A stretch of 64,000 nucleotides of DNA from Lingula anatina (Eukaryota > Animalia > Brachiopoda). The stretch lies in assembly GCA_051362555.1 (NCBI GenBank), contig CM120645.1, positions 21,700,001 to 21,764,000 of the forward strand, given 5' to 3'. Both the position numbers and the translations under genes were made by a program. The notes under the pieces are model-generated. The model had not been told where the DNA came from. It saw nothing but the letters and a program-made list of their open reading frames with translations, and did not search any database. This document shows, piece after piece, positions 37,101 through 50,549 of this stretch (position 1 is its first letter; each line of letters opens with the position of its first letter).

Positions 37101-40100
37101 CAGTTTTGAAATTATGAAAGTGGAATCAACTCTTTGAGCGATGTCGGTTAGAAATACGTATTCTGTATAACAGAATTGGGCAGAATGACAGGCCACGCGT
37201 ACCCTAATGACGTAGAAACTGGTGTTTGCAGGTCAATTTGGCTCTGTCTGCACATTTGAAGGGTGCCAATACGCGACTTAAAGCAAGAGTGTGTGTACTA
37301 AAACGTTTGGTCTTTTTCGAATGGCTAACCTTTTTATAACCATTTCACAAGATAAAAAAAAAAAATAGTTCACCGTATCTTACACGTTGTGTCTGGTCAT
37401 CTTCCCCCTCCTTCGCACTCTTGTCTTCACCTCTGTCCTGTGACGTCATCAAAAGTCCAGGGTCACATCCGGTGGCTGAGTACAGCTTGTGACTGAAGCG
37501 TTCAGCGTTTGCGTAGTACAGGGAAGATTCAAATCGGAATATCTTGATTCCAGGGTCTTGTATGGTCTAGGTGTAAAGAATATGTAGGTTTAAATCGATA
37601 TGGCTACCCGATAAAAGTGGTAATTTGAAAGCATATTTCAGTCTTATGCACATTCTTCTGCATTTTCTATGTCGAGGTTAGCACTACAGGGTATGGCAAT
37701 TTCAATAGAAATTGTATAAAAATAGATTTGATCCAATTTGCTCATTATTTACGAGTTAAATAGTTATGGATTTTTTCATAATTATTATTAAATTATCCAT
37801 TATATGCTTATCAAGGATTTAACCCCCCACTCCCCAACTCTACCCAAATTATACACCATGTAGACAGTAATACTTACATTCTCATAGGATTTGGTATCCA
37901 CGTATATTTCTGAATTCGGGACTCGTCCTAGCACAGATGACCTCGGCCTAAAATATAATTTCATGAAAATATGCAAATATACATACATTCATTGTATCTA
38001 TCTATGCATGGGTTTACAAGAATACCCAACTCATTTTCATTTCTTGAAAATTTGGTACCTTTGGTTGCTATTTTCTTTTGGTACATGATAAAAAAGATAA
38101 AAAAAAGATAAAGATAACAATACATTCTGAGTACTTTAATGTAGCGACCCTCGTCACTGGGACACACTGTACAAAATGGCATGATTACCACTGAGTTCTA
38201 AACACAACAGTCACGAGAGAGAATCCAACTCCAACGATCAGACCCCAGTCCACGTTCAGTAGCACTACGGCCAGAAACGTAACAGTCCAGATAGCCTAGA
38301 AGATAAGAACAGGATACCAAATTAACAAAATTAATAATGGCGGATATAGCGGAGGCACAGCGCCACGTGTTCCTCTTTAAGTCTCAGAGGTACATGCCAT
38401 GCATCCCTTCTGTAGAATCAGTGATTAAATGAAAAATAAATGACGGGCGAAACTTAAAAGAATCAAGGTCTTTTCCATCCTGTTGTCCTAAACTATGCAC
38501 TTGTGACATTTTTCGAACGGATCAAGGCAGGTCTTTTCTTGCCCCCCCCCCTTTAATCCAGATCCACAACTGATCGGTTATGTACACGGTAACACGATTA
38601 TTTCTAACAGTGAATATAAAACTGCAGTTGCGTGAACCTTAGACATGATCACCATAGACGGAACCTCACAGCGCCCCGAAGGAAAAAAAACAATTAAATG
38701 ACATGCTCCATGACAAGTTAATCGATCAATGCAAAGACTATGACGGCGAATAATGGTATATTTTTCTCTAACGTATATATTCTTTACTTGTTGAGTTCGG
38801 GGTTATCCGATTATCCGAGGAATATTGCCATGTGTCAAAAGATGAAATTACGTCCAATGTGTCAATAGTAACTACAATATAAGTGGCAATACTAATTGCG
38901 CTAGAAGTACCAAATAGTGAAGGTGGTATGGTGTATTGTGTTTGGTGTGACTGCGTGCATTATTTTTTGTAGCACAACCGTTAAAGTAATTATGTCAGAT
39001 CCCTTACAAAATCAAATTTTGAAATCCTCCAGAGTCTCCTTAAATCTTTGACCTGCAGGAACATGCCTTTCAGTGCCACGATGACGATGGAAGCAAGAAC
39101 ACACTGAAATGAAATATTGTTGCTGATAGTTTATATCAATCTTTATACCTTTGTCAAAGCATTATTGAAACGAGTTGCATGTCTACCTGTTGGAGAGAAT
39201 ATTTTTGTCATTTGAAATATTCTCGCTGTACTAAGTAAAACGATACTTTTGAAATATTTGAAATGAAATTACTCAACGATTTAGGGTTAAATACAAGTAA
39301 AATTACATTAACAAAGGAGCAGACAAAAATAAATACTTACTCTTGGAAGTGTCCTAAAAAGTGAGCCAGCAAATAGTATGACAATAAATATGAATAAACA
39401 GGAAACCAAGCTTGCTACCTGAAATCACATTTCTTGACACATTCATACATGTATGACAAATGTGTTGAATGGAGTAAAAAATAATTTAAGTCACTGCCTA
39501 AAAAGTTATGTCGCAAAATGCCCCTTTCTCAAAATTTGCCTAGAAATGGAAAGATAATATTGGCAAAATCTTATATATTTGTTTGTTTTTTTAGACTAAT
39601 GCGTTGTGGTATACCTGGGTTCTTCCACCAGTTGTCTCCTGCACCAGACTTCTTGACATAGAAACACAGCACGGGAATGTGGAAAAAACAGAATCAACCA
39701 CATTACTCAATCCATAGGCAATAAGTTCCTGGAAATGTCCAAACAAACTGAATATTGTCACATTTTGTATATGCAATCAGACGTCGCCATTTAACATTTG
39801 ACAATAGTATAACCGTATATAAAATTCACAATTGCTTTCCTGTACTTGATCACTTACTCCTTTAGACTTGTGCAGTCCAATGTGCTGGTTTTTGAGCATT
39901 CATGAGGATTGGTAGTTATGTAATTAACTACAGTTGTAAACATTTCAAATTGCAGCAAGCCATTTTTAGTCTAAATGGCATACATCTTCGACTAATGGTA
40001 GTTCTTATTCGCCGGTTTAAGTTTGCAGGCACAACTGTCACAGAGACTAAATGTATAACTACTGCAATCGCCATTAAAACCAAGTGCACTGTTCCGCGCA

Positions 40101-43100
40101 AAAAAAAAGTATAGCACCAAAAAGATTCATTTAAAGAAACATAACTGACCTGGGTAGCATCGATGGTGTACGCCTGATGCTGGGCCAGTATCTTTGCCAT
40201 TGACACTGATATGGTGAATGCAACAATTGACACTCCAAAAGCATCCATTATCAAATTTGAGAAATGTTCCACGGGTGGCAGAGTAGGCTCTGGAATCCTG
40301 TAAAAGAGACCAAATATTGGTTTCACGAGCACTTAAAAACACCTGAGATAAACTTCTACTTATTATTTACACAGGTGGTTTCTTTTTATTGCCTTTTATA
40401 TGGTGTCATATACAAAAGCCTTTGCAAAATTTATCACCTTATAACTCTATATTATTGTGTTTCTAAAACAATTAAATCTTGCAAAAGTGATTTTTATCGA
40501 CTGGTAACGGCTGAACACTTATGTTGTCTATAACTTGAATTTCTATTAACTCGCTCGAACAAATATCTAGACCCCCCAGGTGTATGAGTCAGTCGAATTC
40601 TATTGTAGAAGTCTTCTCATGGTGCAAATGCAAATACACCAAATGCAATGATGGTCCTTCTTAATGATACGTATTTCACACAAAGGTATTTGCCCACACC
40701 GACAATTCAAAATTGTAATTACCCTGTAGGAATGTACCCAACCACTGTCACCTTAAATTCCTCGTCTAGTTTAGCAAAGTAACATACAACTGTTGACACG
40801 ATTACCTGAAATAAGCAATGTATACGGGTTATAAAAGAGAGAGAAATAAATACTATTCAGCCAGTATCACATATCTAAGTTCAATAGTTCAGAAAAGAAT
40901 TACCCATTCACGAACAAGGATCTGTAAACAATCGTTCCTAGAATTGACAGAAATCTATAAATTTACGAAAATGATATTCAAATAAAAGATTGCTTGTGGA
41001 CCCAGGGTAGAAAAAATACAATACTCTTCCATTATCTCGGATTACCCCATTAGTATTTGATACTAATATATAAGAAGCCTTTTTTTTTCAAAATATTGTT
41101 CTCTAAAAAAAATTAAAAATCATCAAGTTTACGTATTAAGTAACAGAAAACAGAAAAACACTTCAGCCAGAAATTTGGGTTTAATATTTAGGCCAATGGT
41201 GTAGGCTAGCGCTACTCAAACTTAATAAGATTTGGCACAATTAATTGAAGTGAATATTAGTCTATGTTATAAGCCGTGTCTTAATGGTTATAAAACAAGG
41301 CCAGGCCAATTATCATTGAATTGGCCAGCGATTTCCCTAGGTCAACAAATACAGGATTCAGGCCTATCCAACTCCCAGACTTGGCACCTACGGACCGAGT
41401 CTGGTAGTTGGGTAGGCCTGGGATTTGGTCAAAATGTAAAGGTCTATTTGAGGGCTAAATCCCGTTTGTGAAACAGGAACCAGGACACTTATCTATTTGA
41501 TCACTTACCACTATTAGCTCAATAGGCACCGGCATTTTCATTTTAGATTTGAACCTGGCATTGATGCATTCTTTGGTAAGTGCAAGAGCCAGAATACATA
41601 TAACAGATGTCGCCAAAGCTGCAAGATTAGTCTGTGGAAGACTTTGGAAGAATTGGATGTAAAACTGAAATTTGAAATTAAAATTTATCCAAATTCTAAT
41701 AGTTTTAGATAAATTTATTAACCGTTTATTTTTAAACACTCCACTCATACATCATACACTCATACATAATATTATATGCACGAAATGTCACACTACATGT
41801 CCCACACTACAAAACAATGGTTAAGATAAATATAGGTCAATGTTTCAGACAACAAAGCAGGTATCACCTTTTTTCGTTTACGGTTCTTTTTTAAACAATT
41901 TAAATTACATTTACCTTACCTTGACGAGTTTAAACGGATTGGTGACTTCTGACGCCTTAATACTGAGTCCAAAGACATGTTTTATCTGCGAAGAGAACAC
42001 GTGGCAGGCTGCCCCCGTGGTAAATCCACTGATTAGGGGGTCGGAGAGGTAGTTGGTGATAAAGCCAAGACGGAGAATTCCCTTCATCAACTGGAATTTT
42101 AAGAGATAATTAGGTTTTAATAATTCAATAAAAATAACAGATGTATTAGTTAAAATTTAGTGAACTTTAGACCGTTAAGTTCTATCACTTTCCTTGCAGA
42201 AATAAAATATTTAATCAAAGGAAATATATAAAACTATAGGGTCCATGTGTTTATCTGTTTTCACTATAATAAAAGTAAATGTATCCATGATTCGACAATA
42301 CATCAAGACAAAAATGTTCACATCCTGTCACATATCCATGAGTAAAATCACATAATGTATATCTCTCATCTAGCAGAAGGTCTGAAACAGACATTGGCAA
42401 GCATGGTGTTCCATGCTAATCTGTTATCAGCGAGTCGAATTTGCTTGCCTACGGGAATATTTCGGTTGACAAACTTCCCATGAAGTAATATATCATAATG
42501 AATATGATAACTAATCGCTATACTCTCACCCATGGAGGATGAATGATAAGATAGAGCGAGATAAAGAATGGAGGATATATCACCTGCCAGAATCCAACCA
42601 ACATGGCCAAAGCAGTTGCTACACCTATCTTGAAGTCCACGCACTCTTGGTTAGAGTTGGTATCGGCATCACATGTGATGTTTCCAGAAACTGGGGTGTC
42701 ATTGGCAAAGCTTGAAACGTTTAAGATGTCAAGAGACGAAATAGGAGGTGTCCATGATACGGTTTGTCTGTCAACGACCGCTCCGGCCATGAGACAAACC
42801 ACTGCCATTGTACCTAGCAATAAATGGAGTCAAAAGAGCTAAGTCCTTCAAACCGAATATATCAAATTGGTCAGAAATCTCATAGTCCTATATATTTGAA
42901 ATTGGAAACTCGTGCTCGATTTTTTTTTTGTTGTCTGGTTATATTAAATATATATGTACTTGTATACCGTGTAGTTTTGTGCCAAATTAAAGACACATTT
43001 AGAGAGACTAAAACGTATGGTCAATAAACTGATCGATGTACCTATCTTTGCCATATTACGCAATAGGTGGAGTATATTCCTCGCCTCATCTCATCCAACT

Positions 43101-44937
43101 CCTCCCCAAGAGATACTTACAAATAAAAATAAAACGGGGGTCGGGCGTGCTAAATGCATTGCACCGTCTCACATACCACAATGCTACACTCACCTATTGG
43201 ATACTGCCCGCACGAAAATGCAGTAGTATCGAAGTAGCAAAGAAGCATTAACGCAGTAGTGGTGTGGAGCATATTTGCAGTAGAAATGCAGTATAGCCTA
43301 CTGCAATTCTACTCCAAAAAGTACATAGGTTTGTGCAGAGAGGAGCATTAATGCAGTAGATTAGCAGCATGATAGAAGCATGTTTCAAATATGCTAATTA
43401 GCTCCCAAATCGACGCAGATTTGAAGCATGTTTGCAGTATGATTGCAGTAGTTTGCAGTATGATTTCAGTAGTCTACTGCACTAGAGTATCTACTGCGTT
43501 TTCGTGCGGGTGACGATACACAATGTTTTACTCGCCCAAAATATACTCACCTAACCCAATATTATACTCACTCACAGAATACTCACACATCACATTACAG
43601 TGCATCAAGCTCACCTAGAGAAGTGTGCTTGGACGTCCCAAAGAAGAAGTAAACTAGCGGGGGGAAGAAGGACACATAGAGACCGTGGATGGACGGTAGA
43701 CCTGCTAACAAGGCGTATGCCATACCTGGAAACGACACGATGTCACCTTTATGACTACATGTTGGTACTGGTTCAATAAGATACCTTACGGTTAATTTAT
43801 ATGTGATTCTGTAATTATACACTTTATCTTCACTATATACTCTTCACAAATAAGGAGGCACATCAGTATACCAGCTATCAATAATTTATATGACATGACT
43901 GAGGCGATTATGCATGTAAGGTTTGGCACCCTGATCTTCCCAACAAGTAAAAAAAAAAATAAAAAGGAAGAAATACTTCAAAACAAATATAAGAATATGA
44001 TATCCGGTGAGCTAGTATATCGACAAAAGTTCAAAATTACAAAAGCCGTACCCAAGCATTGTCGGCTACATAATTTGTGTAAAAATGTTCTACAAAAAAT
44101 GTACATTCAATCCGTAAAAACCAAGGACAGACTGAACCAGACTTATTCTATGGGCAAAGCCAACTTTCCATAAATTTTATGATTTCATCATCAACATTCC
44201 AATACTAACTCAGATATTTAGATGTATTTAGAACACACGCGTATTTTAATACCCTTTATGTCTTTTTTAAAATTATAATGTATTATTATAAATATTATTA
44301 TTCACTTTTCAGTCGTAAAAAATCGAAATACTATCTGTAGTATATATTCTTCACACACGTTCAAGATTTTATGTGTTGGTTTATTAATATGTTGGTTTTT
44401 CTTGGGGGGGGGGGGGCGTCCGAGCTTCAAGTCGTTTTGGCCTTAATGCATTTTTCATTCTATTGTAATCCAATTTTTTCTAATTCTTCGCATAAATAAC
44501 TGCAGCGCTTCGATCTAGTGTAGATATTGTATTGACAGTCATGACTTACCCTGCGGTAGATGCATTATTCCCACCGTCAACCCAGACACTAGGTCACCAA
44601 TGAACCACTGGGGGAATTTATACTGCCTCATTATGGACACGAAGGGAAACAGGCGCAGCAAAAATCCCTGGACGCATCCTGACCCACACGTGCAGTGTTT
44701 TCGACATTGTTGGTGAATGCGACTGGCTGCTGTAACACTTTGTTTTGAATATCCATGTTGTTTATCAAAGTCGTGCTGTAAGTACACAGGCCTGACTGGG
44801 GTAAATTTCGTACTGTCGTCTGCTTCAGTGATGCCTGGTGTCGTCTGCTGAGGAAAACTTTGTATTGCCTGCCTTGACGATGCTTCACCGCCTTCTGTCG
44901 GAGGAGGTGGGTGTTTTTCTTTGCTACTGCTGTCCAT
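34171..44937 (-). CDS. SLC26: SLC26 sulfate/anion transporter (prestin/pendrin-like) with STAS domain
   Basis: Phase-consistent GT-AG exons: 44937-44550, 43725-43615, 42813-42584, 42090-41920, 41664-41509, 40805-40723, 40297-40150, 39728-39615, 39418-39341, 39103-39008, 38295-38189, 37947-37878, 37566-37384, (36944-36920?), 36562-36377, 35886-35832, 35274-35151, and last exon 34330-34171 (or 34793-34784). Motifs: [95 protein letters not shown]. The terminal exon choice is uncertain. Confidence 0.93.
36637..36726 (+). repeat. 44-bp tandem duplication (SLC26 intron)
   Basis: GCTTATT..GGTCATCCACAGCTTC.TATAAAACCTT.CATAC occurs twice in tandem. Confidence 0.85.
38335..38572. mobile_element. Degenerate hAT-like MITE
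   Basis: Ends TAATGGCGGATATAG / CCAGATCCACAACTG with a C-run near the right end. Resembles the common CAGTGGCGGATC...GATCCGCCACTG MITE type but is decayed. Confidence 0.4.
43207..43510. mobile_element. Non-autonomous CACTA/EnSpm(CMC)-like MITE in SLC26 intron 2
   Basis: TIRs CCCGCACGAAAATGCAGTAG/CTACTGCGTTTTCGTGCGGG, 2-bp TSD TG/TG, and many internal GCAGTA(G/T) subterminal repeats. Confidence 0.75.
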
Positions 44938-46847
44938 CTTTTGTTATATAAGCCAGCAAAGATGTGCTTCGAAAAGAGAATCGGACTTTTTATCGTACCA
45001 TGCCCACAGAATTGCCTATTAAAGGTAAAATGCGATTTTTTTTCTTTGTAAGATCAATAAACTTGTACGCATCAATTTTGGAGCACGAATCCATATTTTA
45101 CCTTAAACCATGTTTTTTGTTCATTCATCATACGTACAAGTCTTTTACACTCTTGCTTAAAAGTGTGGGACATTTTGAAAACTATATAGGGAAACATTCA
45201 TTTCAATATACTCTTCTGTGCCAGTTTTAACAAAATTATTTATCTCGACTTTAGCAACGGATATTATACAATTTTTTTATAAGGGAGGAGGAACCCTTTA
45301 CTAGAGCAGTGCATAAAAGGCGGTTGTACTGTATGCACGTCTGCATTACGTGTGGCAAATCAGAGCAGAATGTGAATCAAATGGATGTTAATGTGTCTGT
45401 CGTTAATCAAGGCGTTGTACTTGTAAATTCTTAATAGGAAATTTGAATGGTGATTATGTTCCCTTTTATATCTAATTGATAACCCTGTGGGTTGAATAAT
45501 GTATTTTCCATGCTTGGCGCAATTTCAACCACAACATATAATTTTGATATTGTTTTGGACCATTTCATATTTTAGAAACAGTGTTTATAATCAAAACGGG
45601 AATAACTAAAAAAATAAAAAAATAAAATAAAAATAAAAAAACATACATCAATTAACGACCTTTTAAACAAAATTGAATAATATGATTAATAAGCCATGTT
45701 TTCCACAATGATAAATATATAACTTCGCGTGGAATCAGTTTCAAGATTTTCTTTAAAATGCACGATACGTGACATATCATGATAGCTTATTTGATAATAG
45801 TTATTTGTCGAATACCCCAAAATATACATGGTTGACAAAAAGAAAGAAATTCCACTTTTTTCATTAGAGAAGGTGTATGCCCTCCTCCAATACATCTATT
45901 TTGTTCATTAGCTTAATCATATGTTTGTTTGTTTATTTAAGTGACCTGTGCTATAATGCAAGTAATACAGATACATTTTTTTTCTTTTTGCACCAAGCCC
46001 CAGTGGGCTTATAAGTCACTGTTTCATTTATATTATTCTAATATATTAATAAACAAGAAAATACATAGAAACAATAATCATATACCAGACAGTAGAGCAA
46101 TTTACGTTTTTATACTAAAATCTTATATATATGGACAAGATGCACATATATAACCAACGCTCAAGGCTCTCAAGACTTTCCGCACGTTCTTTGTGACGGT
46201 CGAGGAAATTTGTTCTATTCCCGTCTTAAATGTATGTTGACCCTGAACCTGACGTTAGATGTCATTTGCATTTTGTTTCAACTTGTGTGGTTAAGATGCT
46301 TTTAATGAGACATATTACAGCATTGAAGTGCAGGGTAGATCTCGGCATTGGCATTATGCTGGAAGACAGTCTTCACTAGTTTATATATTAAAAACACATC
46401 CGTAGGCCTTACAGATAGATTACATAGCAACAGAAAATGTGCGAGAACATCAAAAAACACCGCTGGTAATAACCTCCATGTAGATTGTCTCTCTCACATT
46501 ACTAAGCACGTTTCTCCTTATCCTTTCATCTTTTCCAACTCACGTACTTGATGCTAAGGAGAAACTGCACAGATACGCCCAAAGTAACTATTTTGAGTCA
46601 AATAAATTGCTTTAACTTTTTAATCTACGACCTCGATTACAAATTAAAGGCGTGGAATACACATTCGATCTAAATATAGCTCAAATTTAATTTTACTAGA
46701 AATTGCAGCATTATTGCTTAATCACCAAGGTGAATTATACCCAAAACCACTGACAAAATTATGATCTATAAACTAGTTTTCGACTTATACTGTATGTTTC
46801 CGATTTACTAATCTCTCTCCTGCGTAAAGAAGTTGGTGGCAAAAATA

Positions 46848-47145
46848 TACAATGTGACCTTGAAAACTGTTTTGTAAATGATAATTGTTGCAATGGTTCT
46901 GGATAGGCATGATAAAAAGAACATTGCTGAAATATGCAGAAATTTTTGGGGCTTATCAAATTAACGCGAATTGTATATGCCTTAAAATGGTTACAATGTG
47001 GCCTTGAAAACGGGTTTCTAAATGATAATTGTTCCAATGGTTTTTGATAGGCATGATAAACAGAAAATTGCTTAAATGTCCAGAAAAAATATTTTTAGGG
47101 CTTATCGAACTCTCGCGAATTGTATTTGCCTTAAAATGGTTACAA
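46848..47145 (+). repeat. Diverged tandem duplication of a ~144-bp unit
   Basis: TACAATGTG(A/G)CCTTGAAAAC at 46848 and 46992; both units end GCCTTAAAATGGT. Confidence 0.85.
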
Positions 47146-47357
47146 GTGCTATTTTTAAAATGATAAGTGCGTAAGCAAAACATTCGTTAAAATGACTCCG
47201 TAAAGCGTGCACTCCAACAGCAACTTCAATTAGTTTAAACGATCTCTTTTTAATCTTCCTTTGAACCATTAAAATAAAGATTTTAAAAACCATTAAAAAT
47301 AATACTTTACATAGGCGTACATTTAACTCTGCAATGTCAACTGCCTTCATTTACTTA

Positions 47358-48091
47358 GATCGCATTCACAACGAGTTGAGCCAGGCTTTACAAATCCTGG
47401 GGACTAAATATGGCGGACGTACATGCCTTTATAACTTCACATCTTGACTACGGAAACAGTCTACTCTATGGTCTTCCTACCTATCAAATTGAAAAATTGC
47501 AATCTGTCCAAAATGCTGCAGCACGACTACTGACCAAAATCCCTCTCAGATCAAACATTTCACCCATTTTATTCGAACTACATTGGCTTCCTGTACGACA
47601 GAGAATTGTTTTTAAATTACTGTTGTTTGTTTTTAAATTCACTAGAGGTGAATGCCCCTCATATTTTAACTCGATGCTACATCCAAGTACACCCAGTCTC
47701 ACCAGGTCTACCAGATCCACCTCCACTCCTTGTTTTATCAGAAATGATAATAAAAAAAGAACCAAAACCTACGGCCACAGGGCATTTTCAATTTCAGCAC
47801 CAATTTTATGGAATCAATTACCCTCACACATTCGGACTATTGACAGTGTTGAGGTTTTTAAAAAAGATTTAAAAACATTCTTATTTGCACAGTATTTTAA
47901 TTAATATCTTCTCATTTTATCAGAAAAAAAGTTTTATTGTTCAGACCATTACTATTTTAACCAGTTTTAATTATTTTAAGTGTTTTTTTTTACCTTAGCT
48001 TTTATTATATATATATAATGAGTTGTAATCCTAATAATTTTACCTGTAAACAGCACTGAGACGCTAGTGTAGTGCGGTTTTATGAAATAAA

Positions 48092-48124
<33 letters not shown>

Positions 48125-48356
48125 AGAAAAACCGCCTAATCTTTTAATAGTCTCTCCGCCCCTCACGCGTCTCCCCATGTGTCGTCCCAATGGAGCCGAG
48201 ATTTAATGACTGTCCCCCCGCAGGGACGACGTGTGGGGAGGCGTGTGAGAGGCGGAGAGACTATTAAAATATTAGGCGGTTTTTCTTTCATGTACGACCG
48301 CCATATTTAGTCCCCAGGATTTGTAAAGCCTGGCTCAACTCGTTGTGAATGCGATC
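47358..48356. mobile_element. Fold-back Harbinger MITE family M1 copy 3 (inverted), interrupted by a LINE fragment
   Basis: Ends GATCGCATTCACAACGAG...CTCGTTGTGAATGCGATC with a TTA TSD (47355-47357, 48357-48359). The loop is reversed relative to copies 1 and 2. Confidence 0.9.
47426..48122 (+). mobile_element. 5'-truncated L2/CR1-group LINE (ORF2 C-terminus, 3'UTR and (ATT)n tail)
   Basis: [19 protein letters not shown]...[12 protein letters not shown]...[13 protein letters not shown]...GHRAFS...LWNQLP...[10 protein letters not shown] is the typical post-RT C-terminus of L2-type ORF2. There is a 3' stem-loop GCACT...AGTGC, then AATAAA, then (ATT)n. The MITE resumes exactly at 48123. Confidence 0.92.
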
Positions 48357-50400
48357 TTAGGCGGTAAGCATACATACTAAATAACTATGACGAAATGTCA
48401 AGGTTTTCCGCAAATTACGCAATTGTGAACTATAAATCTACGTCCCCTGACAAGTAAGATTTAACTGACAGAAAATCAAATTTTTGTCTGATAAAATGAC
48501 TCGAACAAGCATAGACTATTTAGAGCAAGACGTAAATGAATTGCGGGCGGGCAAGCAATTACCGAAGACAGCCAAGTGTGAAACTAATAACATGAAATGG
48601 ATAAAAACGGTGTCTTTTTCGTCGAGTAATTTATCCATTTTAAAGGTTTTAATATTTATAGTACTATTTCAAACACCATGTACATATCATTAAGTTAACA
48701 GTTTGACACATTTCCTCGGGTAATATGCCACTTTAAACGCATATTATCACTTTAATGAGCGTGACATTAAGCAGGTATGCTTAAGGGCACACTAAAGCAT
48801 TCATTCTCAATCCATAGGTCCATTTAACATACTTTTATTTTATTAAAAATTAGCAAGCGGAATAATTGTGTCTCCAAGTGGAACTATACTAACATCAGTC
48901 AAGCAACAAAAACAATAATTACTAGATTTATCTGTTCTTACAAAAAAACATAAACGGACTATCTCACTTCCTCCACTATCTTACTTCCTCCAAGTTAACT
49001 TTATTTTTTCTAAAGTAGAAAATATGCAATTTGTCAGGTGGCAATAATGGTGTCTTACATCTCAGAAAATGTCTACAATATTTCTACTCACTCAATAAAT
49101 ACTACTTTCTAGGTGTCGCGTTTTTTTTTTTTTTTTAAAATTGAAATAACCTTCGTTACGTCTTTTGTCGAAGATAATCATTTTTAGTTGTTGGATGTTT
49201 TTATAATATTCAAGCCATAATAAAATCTTCAATTCAATAACATCCATTATAAGCTAGACGATATGGTATCAGGGCACAGTTAAATGTTTTACAGGAAACA
49301 TGGCTTAACTGCATTCTCCTTAAAAGTACTAGTAATGCAAAAGCATTCGTTATCAGGCATGTGAAAAAATATACTTGAGGCCGAGGACAAAATGTTTCAG
49401 TAAAATATACGTGCATCTCGTAATACCGCTTTAGCGCAGTCTAATTTTGCTAGTACTGATCAAGTGCAAGTATTATCCAACAAGGTTGTTATTTCTTAAC
49501 TTTCGTTATTAAAACCGTTATTAGAATTAGCGATTATATCTTTAACTTCATTTTTCACGTTTTTATTTTCTTCAAGTGGGCCTATTTTATTGAAAATGAG
49601 TATTTGCGAATTAAATTTTTTTCGAGAAATTTCTTCCGTTTTCGTTTCTTAAGCTTATCACTAAGGTAAACTTTATGATTAATACGCCCAAACCAAGATT
49701 CATAAACTTGTTGTAGACTTTACGCTTTATCATATTTACCGACATACCAATATTAAAAAACATACGCTCAAAGACTGTTCTGAACTTCTAAGTTTAAATT
49801 AAGTCTACTTTGACCAAATATAAATCAGTTTTAGTGCAATAAAATAACAAATCTTCCCGGATTCTAAAACAAACTGTGGTTAATGTTATAGGGCAGTACC
49901 CTATTAGCGTGAAAAACCATGGTTTGACTTTAACTGACGTTGATCAAATTACTAGTAACTTCAGTTTAGACCAATTTTTGGCCTCAGTTCTTTAGTGAAA
50001 CTGGTGTGAATTGATAAAAAATCTCCAGCAATTTCTTGTCTCTCGGACCTAGATTATAGCAGACATATAATGCCAACACAAAACCCAAATTACTGCATTG
50101 ATGAAAGTATCTACATTGTCACGCCTTACCTTCACTGCAGTCTCGCACTGAAAAGCGGAATGGTCACTAAAGCAAGTGAGACTGCATGTCCTGCTTACGC
50201 GCAGCGAAGCACGTGCTATATTGGACCCTATCCACGATTAGCAAACAAATGAATGTGTACCTATTTCTATTAGCATTATAGTCTCGTACGTGTTAGAGAA
50301 TTATTCTTCGCCATTACGATCTTACAGTGACGATGCATTTGGTGATTATTAGTTCAACTGTAAAAAATGTCGATTAAGTGGGTAAGGGTTGAAAAGACAA

Positions 50401-50549
50401 GGGCCCCGTATCTCGAAAGCATCGCGTATTGCGAATAGCGATGTCACATAGAGGCTACAATGTATTATATGGGGCGAGTATGGGCGAGTTATGGAATGGA
50501 GACGCTTGCGCACGGTCGCAATGCGCGATGCTTTCGAGATACGGAGCCC
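50401..50549. mobile_element. Short Harbinger-like MITE
   Basis: ~34-bp TIRs GGGCCCCGTATCTCGAAAGCATCGCGTATTGCGA / TCGCAATGCGCGATGCTTTCGAGATACGGAGCCC. The TSD is ambiguous. Confidence 0.75.
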
